Shown piece after piece: positions 36,392-44,367 of a DNA stretch of 64,000 nucleotides. This DNA comes from Verrucomicrobiales bacterium (GTDB lineage: Bacteria; Verrucomicrobiota; Verrucomicrobiia; Verrucomicrobiales; V1-33). The position numbers were made by a program, and so were the translations under genes. Below the pieces are notes generated by a model. It saw nothing but the letters and a program-made list of their open reading frames with translations, did not search any database and was not told the DNA's origin. Where the stretch lies: positions 35,767 to 99,766 of the forward strand of contig JBJXFS010000359.1 in the NCBI GenBank assembly GCA_046155625.1. Direction: 5' to 3'. The stretch's first letter is position 1, and each line of letters begins with the position of its first letter.

Positions 36392-38929
36392 TCAGTGGTT
36401 GAAGACAAATTCAGCCGAATTGACCAACGACCAGAGCACGTCCTCGGTCGCTTGTCGGCGGACGGTCGGGTCGTCCGAGAACGGGGCGATAGCGGCGGCC
36501 ATTTCGTCGTCGGTCGGCAAGCGAGTGTAGCACGCCAAGTACAACTCTGTCACGATTTCCGCTGGGGTGGCGCTGCTGGAGGCCAGGCGATGGACGCGGG
36601 CTCCGGGCTCGGTGCTGGTCAATTTCGCATGCAGCTGGTCTGAATTCATGAGGTGGAGCGACTGGCTCATGGCTGGCCGGAGATTTCGCTCGCACGGGCA
36701 GTCGCTGCTCGAGTTCGGGCGGCCGAACGCGTCCATCGTGCGCGACTCGATTTTGTACGTCCACGCTTGAGCGGCCCGACTAGCAGGTGGGAGGCCGGGA
36801 TAGTGGGTGGGTACGCCGGTGACATCGGCCAAGGCGTCGGCCATGGCCTCCGCGCCGAGCCGGCGGCGATACGCCCGCGAGAAGTGGCGCGTGTCGGCGG
36901 TGTTGGTGGCGTTCGGCTCGCTGCGCAACTGGTAGAGATGCGAGTTCATGATGAAGCGCATGAGCGCCTTCAGATCGTAATTGGCGCGCACCAATTCCGC
37001 GGCCAGCGCATCGAGCAGGGCGGGATGACTGGGCGGGTTGGAAAGCCGAAAATCGTCGACCGGGTCGACAATGCCCTTGCCGAAGAACCGGCTCCAGACG
37101 CGGTTGGCCATGGCGCGCGCGAAGAACGGGTTGGCTGGATCGAGCAGCCAGTCGGCCAGTGCGCGCCGCGGGTCGTCGTTTTCCCCCACGGCAGCGGGAG
37201 GCCCATCGGGCGGCTTCGGGGCGAGTGGCTCTCCGGTGACCGGGTGTTTGTGCTGGCGGCCGGCGACCACGAAGAATGTTTCGTTTCCCCCGGAGATCGG
37301 GGCCGAGATGCCCCCGCCCTTTTGCTGTAGCGGGGCGAAATAGGCCGCGAACTGGTGGAAGTCGTCCTGGCTCCACTTTTCGTTCGGGTGGTGGTGGCAT
37401 TTGGCGCAGTCGAGCCGCACGCCGAGAAACAACTGACTGAACATGGTTGTCAGTTCGGCCGGCTCGCGGCGGTCTCGATAGATCACCGCGGGGCCCAGGC
37501 GATGCGTGTTTCCTTGGGCGAGCACGATCTCCCGGACCAACTGGTCGACCGGCGTGTTGCGCTGAAAGTGGTCACGCAGCCATTGGTCGAGGACATAGAC
37601 ACTTTTGACGCCCACCCGATCGGGGTTGGGCCGGAGCAGGTCGGCCCACTGCGTGGCCCAGTGGTCGGCAAATGCGGGATGGTCGAGCACGCGGTCGATG
37701 GCGGCGCGACGTTTAGCGGGGCTGGGGTCGGCGAGGAAAGCGCGGGCCTCGTCCGGGCTGGGGAGCAGGCCGATGGTGTCGAGCGAGGTACGGCGCAGGA
37801 ATTCGCCATCACTGCATGGGTCCGAGGGCAATAATCCGAGCTGGCGAAACGTGTCGTAGGCGTGGGCGTCGATCGCATTGTGGACGGGCAGCGAGGCATA
37901 GGCCGCCTCGGGCAGCATACGATCAGCGGGAACGATGATCGTCGAATCGCCCACGACACCCATGAACCGCGCCACCACCACGGCCTGGCCACTGGCTTGG
38001 TCGATGCGAATCACGCCATTCGCGTCGACCTCGGCGATCTGTTTGTCGTTGGCCGAGAACGCCGCCAAATGCGTGACGTCCCGGACCGAGCCATCGGCAT
38101 GATGAGCGTGCACGACCAGGCGCTGGCGTGCGCCTTTGCGGTAGCGCCGTGACTTGGGGATGACTTCGAGACGGGTCAGGGCCGGCTCCTGCGGGTCGCG
38201 AAACATCAAGCCGCCGCCGATCCAGCGGACCAGCGTGCGATAGGCATCCGAATCTCGCGTGAAACGCTCGCCGCCCTCGTGGGCCACTTCCTGGGTGGCT
38301 TTAAGCAGGAGCAAGCTTTCCTCGGGGGCCGCGGGGAAGAGGCGCCGACCGCGGGCCGCCGTGACGATTTCCCGATAATCGGCCTGAGGGTCGAAGGAAA
38401 ACACACTGAGCCGAAAACCATTTTGGCCTTCCGGCTTGGCGTGACAGGCGCCCGCGTTGCATCCGCTTCGTCCCAGCACCGGGAGCACGTCGCGCACGAA
38501 AGTCGAGGGTTGGGCCGGCTGCGGGCTGACCGTCACCGGGATCTCGACACGCCGGCCGCGCCACTCGGCGGTCAGAACCATCGAGCCCGCCGCGCGGCCG
38601 CGCATGATACCCAGTCCCTCGATGGCAATGAGATCCGCGGCGCTGGGTGTTAGAGTCGCCAGCTCGGTCACATCGCTCTCGGTGCCATCCGCGTTCCGGG
38701 CCGTGATGAGAAAACTCACGCGCCCACCTTCTGGCACGGCGAGCGATGCCGGCTCGCCCACCAACGCCACGATCGCGTCGGCCAGTCCCAACGACTCAGG
38801 CAAAGCGGTGGCCGCCGCGGGTGCGGGCACGGCGGTTGGTGCCACCACCTCCGTCTCCGAAGCACCCCAGCTTGGCCCAAGCCCGGCCAGGGAGACAGCG
38901 ACGATGGTCACAATCGACGGGAGTTTCAT
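36392..38929 (-). CDS. Big_2 + DUF1549 (PSCyt2) + DUF1553 (PSD1) protein
   Basis: Signal peptide, then an Ig-like segment. GRSGCNAGACHAKPEGQNGFRLSVF is DUF1549 cytochrome-like. ..LFLGVRLDCAKCHHHPNEKWSQDDFHQFAAYF.. is the DUF1549 core. The C-terminal ..NSSSDCPCERN..PAMSQSLHLMN.. is DUF1553. Confidence 0.88.
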   Translation of the reverse strand: MKLPSIVTIVAVSLAGLGPSWGASETEVVAPTAVPAPAAATALPESLGLADAIVALVGEPASLAVPEGGRVSFLITARNADGTESDVTELATLTPSAADLIAIEGLGIMRGRAAGSMVLTAEWRGRRVEIPVTVSPQPAQPSTFVRDVLPVLGRSGCNAGACHAKPEGQNGFRLSVFSFDPQADYREIVTAARGRRLFPAAPEESLLLLKATQEVAHEGGERFTRDSDAYRTLVRWIGGGLMFRDPQEPALTRLEVIPKSRRYRKGARQRLVVHAHHADGSVRDVTHLAAFSANDKQIAEVDANGVIRIDQASGQAVVVARFMGVVGDSTIIVPADRMLPEAAYASLPVHNAIDAHAYDTFRQLGLLPSDPCSDGEFLRRTSLDTIGLLPSPDEARAFLADPSPAKRRAAIDRVLDHPAFADHWATQWADLLRPNPDRVGVKSVYVLDQWLRDHFQRNTPVDQLVREIVLAQGNTHRLGPAVIYRDRREPAELTTMFSQLFLGVRLDCAKCHHHPNEKWSQDDFHQFAAYFAPLQQKGGGISAPISGGNETFFVVAGRQHKHPVTGEPLAPKPPDGPPAAVGENDDPRRALADWLLDPANPFFARAMANRVWSRFFGKGIVDPVDDFRLSNPPSHPALLDALAAELVRANYDLKALMRFIMNSHLYQLRSEPNATNTADTRHFSRAYRRRLGAEAMADALADVTGVPTHYPGLPPASRAAQAWTYKIESRTMDAFGRPNSSSDCPCERNLRPAMSQSLHLMNSDQLHAKLTSTEPGARVHRLASSSATPAEIVTELYLACYTRLPTDDEMAAAIAPFSDDPTVRRQATEDVLWSLVNSAEFVFNH

Positions 38930-40425
38930 TGGGGATCGGGATCTTTCGTAACGCTCGCGGCCGCCGCCGGGACAGTGGCTGACTCAATGTCAACCGGCTC
39001 AAACGCCTTGCCATCGGCCGTCCACCCGACGACCCGCCCATCGCTGGTGCCGGCGAAGAGGCGACCGCCGTCCGGCGCCACCACCACACACAGCAGCGGC
39101 ACGTCGACGCCGCCGAGGCGGCGCTCGTTCCCGGTCTCCGAACTTTGAGCTCCCGAATGCGCCTTGAGATCAGTGTAGCGATAAGCCGCGCCCTCGTCGG
39201 TCACCGCGACCACCGCGCCCTCCGCTCCCCAAGCCACCGCGTTGATGGCGGCAGGCTTGTTGGCCAGCGCCACGATGTTCTCCCGGGTGGCCACATCCCA
39301 GACCTTGAGCTGCCGGTCCGCGCCCGCCGTGACCAATTGCGATCCATCCCCATTGAAGGCCAAGCCAAGCACCTGGGTCGCATGGCCTTCGAACCGCGCC
39401 ACTTCGCGGCCACTCGCCAACTCCCAGACTTTTACAAACCCATCACCCCCGGCGGTGGCCACGTTTCCGCCGTTCTGACGGCTCGCCAGGGCAAAAATGG
39501 TGTCGGAATGAGCCGTCCAGGACCTCACGATCGCCCCCGTTGCCCAGTCCAGCACCCTGACCACTCCCTGCTCTCCGGTCAGTCCGTCCGCGGCAATCGC
39601 CTGGGTACCATCGGCAAGGGCCTGAAGAGCCGTGATCCGGTCGGTGAGACCGCTGATGATTTCGCGTTCGGGTGACAGAGTGGCGGCATCCCACACAAGA
39701 ATCCGACGAAACGCGCCCGTCACGAGCCGCCGGCCGTCCGGCGTCCACGCGATCGATTGCACCGCGTCCAGGTGCGCCTTCGCTCGCGCCTTCAACACGA
39801 GCAAGTCCCCCTCAACCTCAAACACCGTCAATTCCGACCCGCACCCGGCCGCCAGTCGCCGCCCGTCCGGCGACAACGCCATCGCCATCACCGGACGATA
39901 CTCCGCGGGAAGCGCGCCGAGGGCCACCGGACGCAGACTCATCCCACCGCCAGCGCCGCCCCCGTCGTCCCACGCCATCCCATCACGCACCCATTCAGCC
40001 AACAGTGCGATGTGCGCCTCCGACAATTGCTTCTTCGGCGGCATATGCGGATCGGCATCGGGCGCCAGCAACCCGATCAACCGGCTTTCCTCCGGCTTCC
40101 CCTCCACCACCGCGGGTCCGCCCTCGCCGCCTCGTAACACCGCCTCCCGTGTCGTCATGTCCAGCCCCCCTTTCCGTTTTTCCGGATTGTGGCACGACAC
40201 ACAGCTCACCTTTAATAACTGTCGAGCCCCGCCCACTCGCGAAGTCAGCTCACCTGCCACCCCGGATCCCGCCATTACCAACACCCCCGCCCCAACGGCC
40301 GCCACCCGCGCCGCCACTCCCCCGCACCGAAGCGCGGGCCACCGACACTGCAACTGGACCGCATCGCGCCAGTCCAGTCGTCGTCGGCCATTGGACGAAT
40401 ACCACATTCCTTCATCATGCCACAA
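38926..40425 (-). CDS. planctomycete cytochrome c (PSCyt1) domain + WD40 beta-propeller protein
   Basis: LLKVSCVSCHNPEKRKGGLDMTTREAVLRGGEGGPAVVEGKPEESRLIGLL..DPHMPPKKQLSEAHIALLAEWV is PSCyt1. It is followed by about 7 WD-like blades (..VWDAATL.., ..VKVWELASG.., ..LKVWDVATR..). Its stop overlaps the downstream start (ATGA on the minus strand, 38926-38929). The N-terminal start is uncertain. Confidence 0.85.
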   Translation of the reverse strand: MWHDEGMWYSSNGRRRLDWRDAVQLQCRWPALRCGGVAARVAAVGAGVLVMAGSGVAGELTSRVGGARQLLKVSCVSCHNPEKRKGGLDMTTREAVLRGGEGGPAVVEGKPEESRLIGLLAPDADPHMPPKKQLSEAHIALLAEWVRDGMAWDDGGGAGGGMSLRPVALGALPAEYRPVMAMALSPDGRRLAAGCGSELTVFEVEGDLLVLKARAKAHLDAVQSIAWTPDGRRLVTGAFRRILVWDAATLSPEREIISGLTDRITALQALADGTQAIAADGLTGEQGVVRVLDWATGAIVRSWTAHSDTIFALASRQNGGNVATAGGDGFVKVWELASGREVARFEGHATQVLGLAFNGDGSQLVTAGADRQLKVWDVATRENIVALANKPAAINAVAWGAEGAVVAVTDEGAAYRYTDLKAHSGAQSSETGNERRLGGVDVPLLCVVVAPDGGRLFAGTSDGRVVGWTADGKAFEPVDIESATVPAAAASVTKDPDPQ

Positions 40426-40515
40426 CCCCGCCTGCTGCCTACCACAAGCCGCCCGGTTCGGTTGGCAGGCGTCAACCGATCACCCCATCGGCCATTGCCT
40501 GACTACGCCGCCGAT

Positions 40516-40659
40516 CTACCAGTCGGTGTACCGAGATTACCCGGAGCGCGAAGCCGGTCCGTACACCAACGTTCCGCCCCCACGTCCCCTCCCCCTGCTC
40601 CCGACCGCCCGAACGACGGTACCGACCCAACGCTTCCAGTTGGTGTACCGAGTTCACCC
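40516..40659. promoter_or_regulatory. pair of 27-nt direct repeats (GGTGTACCGAG core) plus inverted core, in a divergent promoter region
   Basis: ctaccagtcggtgtaccgagattaccc (40516-40542) and cttccagttggtgtaccgagttcaccc (40633-40659) match at 23 of 27 positions. An inverted gtacacc lies at 40561-40567. A second direct repeat, cgtacct x2, lies at ~40719-40736, just upstream of the regulator gene. Confidence 0.35.
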
Positions 40660-40780
40660 AATCCCTGCAAAAATCCACCAAGACGCGGCTCATTTTTGTG
40701 ATCTTAATTATTGACCAATCCGTACCTTTTGCGTACCTCTGCGACACTTCATTAATCCAATCATTTCCAGGAGGTTCGTC

Positions 40781-42043
40781 ATGTTTTTTAAACTATTGCG
40801 TGATTTGGCGAGGCCACAGGTGGTGGCCGTTATCGACATCCTCAAGCGGTCCGACGGCCTGCCGGTCGGCGAAATCGCCGATGCTCTCCAGATGAGCTAC
40901 ATGGGAGTGAAGCAGTACTGCCTCGAATTGGAAAAGCGTGGATACGTGGATACGTGGCGACAACCGCGAGTGACTGGCCGGCCGGAACTGACCTATCGGT
41001 TGACCCCGAAGGCGCAGGCCCTGTTTCCTCAACTGAGCACGGAGTTGACGATGGAGGTGCTGGCTGCCATACGGCAACTGCATGGGCCGACCTCTGTCGA
41101 AAAGATCCTGTTTCAGTTTTTCCTGAAAAAATCCGAGGCGTATGCCAAAAGACTGAGGGGGAATTCCCTGATCGAGCGGGTGACCGCTCTCGCCAAACTG
41201 CGGGAGGCCGAGGGATATTGTGCTCAAGTCGAGGTCGACGCCCAACACGGGCTGCGACTCACCGAATATCACAATCCACTGGCCGAAGTGATGCGGGAAT
41301 ACCCGTCGGTCGCGCGCATGGAGGAATCGATGATGGCGAGGCTTCTGCAGGCACCAGTGAAACGTGACCTGAGCACTGTCTCCGGTCTGATGCGCATCAG
41401 TTTCCTCGTCGCGGGCGCCACTCTGCCACCGCCCGCACCGCCAGCTGCCGGCGCCCGTTTGCGACGAGCCTCCAAACGGAAAGCCTCCGCCGCGGTTGAA
41501 AGCCCTGCCCAGGCGTTTCGGACCTCGGCTGGAACGCCACCCGCGGACAGCGAGAATTCCGAAACCATCATGGCGGTGAAAAGGGTCAACACGGACGCGA
41601 TGACTTCGGACGATTCGACGGCGGCTGAGGCCGTCGTTTCAGATTTCGCGGAGCAGGCACCCATGGGGGACGCCGAACCAGCCGCTGACTCCCCACTTTC
41701 CACGGCGGCCATGGGCCAAGCGCCCGCCCTCACCGAACTCGAACCCGCCATCGCGATTGCCAATGGGGCGACCGATGACACGCCCGAGGCGACCATTCCC
41801 GATCACGCCGAGGCCGAAGTGGTGGCCGCCGCCGTGGCCCCGCCTCAGCCCCAGCCCGCTCATACCGTGGGCGGACTGAAGACCGATTCTCCGCCTCCCT
41901 CCTCGTCGAGCGACGAGTGGCTCCTTTTCCCGGATCCCGCGGAGTCGCCACCAAGCCGATCGAATGGCCGTTCGGTTATTCCGTCCCGCTCCGGGCCAAA
42001 GTCTCCTGCGCCGGTCGCGGAGGAATTGCTCCTCAGTCTGTAG
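40781..42043 (+). CDS. winged-helix (ArsR/MarR-like) transcriptional regulator with long low-complexity Ala/Pro/Ser C-terminal tail
   Basis: Strong SD (ccaggaggttcgtcATG). The N-terminus VVAVIDILKRSDGLPVGEIADALQMSYMGVKQYCLELEKRGYVDTWRQPRVTGRPELTYRLT has the wHTH pattern. The C-terminal ~200 aa are compositionally biased. Confidence 0.7.
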   Translation: MFFKLLRDLARPQVVAVIDILKRSDGLPVGEIADALQMSYMGVKQYCLELEKRGYVDTWRQPRVTGRPELTYRLTPKAQALFPQLSTELTMEVLAAIRQLHGPTSVEKILFQFFLKKSEAYAKRLRGNSLIERVTALAKLREAEGYCAQVEVDAQHGLRLTEYHNPLAEVMREYPSVARMEESMMARLLQAPVKRDLSTVSGLMRISFLVAGATLPPPAPPAAGARLRRASKRKASAAVESPAQAFRTSAGTPPADSENSETIMAVKRVNTDAMTSDDSTAAEAVVSDFAEQAPMGDAEPAADSPLSTAAMGQAPALTELEPAIAIANGATDDTPEATIPDHAEAEVVAAAVAPPQPQPAHTVGGLKTDSPPPSSSSDEWLLFPDPAESPPSRSNGRSVIPSRSGPKSPAPVAEELLLSL

Positions 42044-42101
42044 CGTCCTCGTCCTCGAAGTGGCCGCTCCGCTCGCTCACCTGCCCCCCACGCCCGTTAC
42101 T

Positions 42102-42208
42102 CCCCCGTCCATCGGGCAAAGCCCGTTTCGCGCTAAACACTGATGACTGATTACTGATTACAGCCTTCCGCTTTCCGAGTTGAAACTCCCTCCGCCGACC
42201 GCCGCCCA
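42102..42208. repeat. composite intergenic repeat: CCCCCGTCCATCG ... (TGATTAC)n ... CCGACCGCCGCCCA (short version)
   Basis: cccccgtccatcg (42102-42114). tgatgac-tgattac-tgattac (42141-42161). ccgaccgccgccca (42195-42208). The same three blocks occur in the same order at 50431-50574. Confidence 0.65.
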
Positions 42209-42210
42209 GC

Positions 42211-42519
42211 TCAGTTTCCGTGCGCCTTCTGCACACTGGCCGCGATCCGCTCCCACTCCGCCTCGATCGCGTCCAGGGCCGATGGCGGGCGGGCGGCCCG
42301 AGCGTACCAATAGCGGGCGTTTCCTTCGTCTCCTTCGATCAAGTGGAGGAGCGCATGAATCCAAGATCCCATAGGCGTGTGGATCTCCTGGGCCACGGCG
42401 TGCGCCTCGTCCCAGCGCCCGGCGCGGCAGAGCCACAAAGCACGGGCCTCGTCGCCCAAGTGGGCCGGTGGCTCGGAGTCGGCGTCGGCGGAGGCTTTGA
42501 GATCGGCGGGTGTCATCAT
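42211..42519 (-). CDS. small hypothetical protein (102 aa) downstream of selO
   Basis: MMTPADLKASADADSEPPAHLGDEARALWLCRAGRWDEAHAVAQEIHTPMGSWIHALLHLIEGDEGNARYWYARA... Start codons verified as CATCAT at 42514-42519. It lies 16 nt downstream of the selO stop. The remainder of ORF 42211..42867 overlaps selO and was rejected. Confidence 0.55.
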   Translation of the reverse strand: MMTPADLKASADADSEPPAHLGDEARALWLCRAGRWDEAHAVAQEIHTPMGSWIHALLHLIEGDEGNARYWYARAARPPSALDAIEAEWERIAASVQKAHGN

Positions 42520-42535
42520 AGAGTTGAAACAGAAA

Positions 42536-44002
42536 TCACGTCCCACAAAACGTGCGGTAGGTCGGCGCGTCGGCGGGGGCCGGCGCTCGGAATTCCGGTG
42601 CGTGACGCTCGTGGTCAAAAGGATGAACCAACACCTCGAGCAGGCGGTGAAAGTGGGATAAGTCTTGATCGCGCGAGGCCGCATTGAGGGCGGCTTCGAC
42701 CAGGTGGTTGCGCGGGATGACGGCTGGATTGCGCTGGCGCATGAGCGCGGATGATTCGTCGAGGGATTGGCTCTGCCGGACGCGCCGGGCGAGCCACCGC
42801 GTTTTCCAGGCTTCGAAGACAGCATCGTTGGCGACTTCCGGATCTCCCGTGGTGGCGAGCGCGGCAAACGTATTCGTGAAGTCGGCTCTCGCTTGTTGCA
42901 TCCAGTCCAGCAGCTCGTTGATCAATGATTCGTCCCCGGATTCCACGGAGAAAAGCCCAAGCTTCTCGGTGAAAGCGGCGAGCCAGTGTTCCTGAAAGCA
43001 CCCTGGAAATCGATAGACGGCTTCCGCGGCCCGATCGAGTGCTTGCGCCGGGTCAGGATGAATCAACGGAAGCAGGGCCTCACCGAGACGAGCGAGGTTC
43101 CAATGCGCGATCATCGGTTGGTTTCGGTACGCGTACCTCCCGTGGTGGTCGATCGAACTGAATACCGTGGCGGGATCGTAGGCATCCATGAAAGCACAGG
43201 GACCGTAGTCGATCGTTTCGCCGGAAAGCGTCATGTTGTCCGTGTTCATCACACCATGAATAAACCCGACGGCCTGCCACCGAGCGATGAGCGCCGCCTG
43301 CCGCTCGATCACCCCCTCCAGCAAGGCCAGTGCCGGGAATTCAGCATCCACCTGCTGCGCGTAATGCCGCCCGACCGTGTACCCGACCAGCGCGGCAAGC
43401 GCGTCTCGGTCGCCCGTAGCCGCGGCCCATTCGATCGTGCCGACGCGGAGGTGACTGGCGGCAACCCGCGTGAGCACGGCGCCAGGCAGTGTTTCGCGTC
43501 GCCTCACTTCCTCACCCGTCGCCACCACCGCCAAACTCCGAGTCGTCGGAATCCCCAGCGCGTGCATGGCCTCGCTCACGAGATATTCGCGCAGCATCGG
43601 TCCGAGCGCCGCACGACCATCGCCGCCGCGCGAAAACGGAGTGCGCCCCGACCCTTTCAGCTGAATGTCAAATCGCTCGCCCCGCGGCGTGATCTGCTCG
43701 CCCAGCAAAATCGCACGCCCGTCGCCCAACCCCGTAAAATGCCCAAACTGATGCCCCGCATACGCCTGGGCAATCGGCTCCGCTCCGGGCGGCAGAACAT
43801 TGCCCGCAAAAATCGCCGCCCCCGCCTCGCCCGCCATCAACTCCGCCGACAACCCCAGCCACACCGCCAGCCGCTCGTTCAACACCACCAATTCAGGCCT
43901 CCCCACCGGCTCCGGCGCCAGCCGCACAAAAAGCGATTCGGGCAGCCGCGCATACGTCCGCTCAAGCCGCCAGCCAGCTAAATGTGTCGTGGACTCAACC
44001 AT
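42536..44002 (-). CDS. selO: protein adenylyltransferase SelO (YdiU family)
   Basis: Collinear with E. coli YdiU: YAGHQFGHFTGLGDGRAILLGE, LKGSGRTPFSRGGDGRA, GIPTTRSLAVV, HLRVGT, GFIHGVMNTDNMTLSGETIDYGPCAF, NQP.IA.WNLARL. Confidence 0.95.
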   Translation of the reverse strand: MVESTTHLAGWRLERTYARLPESLFVRLAPEPVGRPELVVLNERLAVWLGLSAELMAGEAGAAIFAGNVLPPGAEPIAQAYAGHQFGHFTGLGDGRAILLGEQITPRGERFDIQLKGSGRTPFSRGGDGRAALGPMLREYLVSEAMHALGIPTTRSLAVVATGEEVRRRETLPGAVLTRVAASHLRVGTIEWAAATGDRDALAALVGYTVGRHYAQQVDAEFPALALLEGVIERQAALIARWQAVGFIHGVMNTDNMTLSGETIDYGPCAFMDAYDPATVFSSIDHHGRYAYRNQPMIAHWNLARLGEALLPLIHPDPAQALDRAAEAVYRFPGCFQEHWLAAFTEKLGLFSVESGDESLINELLDWMQQARADFTNTFAALATTGDPEVANDAVFEAWKTRWLARRVRQSQSLDESSALMRQRNPAVIPRNHLVEAALNAASRDQDLSHFHRLLEVLVHPFDHERHAPEFRAPAPADAPTYRTFCGT

Positions 44003-44132
44003 CCTCTTACCCCTCCTCTATCCACTCCAGCCCGCCTGTAAATCTTTGCCGTCGATGGTTGTCGAAAAGACGTCATCGTTCGGTCCTCGACACTTCCGGT
44101 GCGGATCGCTTTACCGGAATAGGTGCAATCTG

Positions 44133-44206
44133 CCCCCTTGCCACCCCCCTCACATGACCCACGCACCCGTTGCCAGCGCCGACTCTCAGCACCAAATTCC
44201 TATCAG
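44133..44206 (+). promoter_or_regulatory. ~70-nt conserved upstream element, copy 1 (5' of the giant surface-protein gene)
   Basis: ccccttgccacccccctcacatgacccacgcacccgttgccagcgccgac...accaaattcctatcag aligns with 49160-49232. The identical 18-nt core tcacatgacccacgcacc lies at 44150-44167 and at 49176-49193. Confidence 0.45.
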
Positions 44207-44367
44207 AAGGAGCGGCTTTTTCACCATCGAAGAAGGACACCCTCCACGCCCTTGCGCTTCTCCCGGGCGGCCCGTATAAACCAGGCGCTCCATCTATCGC
44301 GGGGTTGATTCGATTTATGATTGTACTCCCCATGCACCTTGGCTGCCGATGGCAGAGACAATTTCGG

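Noticed and set aside
42520-42867. N-terminal 116 codons of ORF 42211..42867 (-)
   Set aside because: This part overlaps the well-supported selO 3' end in another frame and is Pro/Arg/Ser-rich junk. Only the distal 102 codons, which have their own ATG pair, look genuine.
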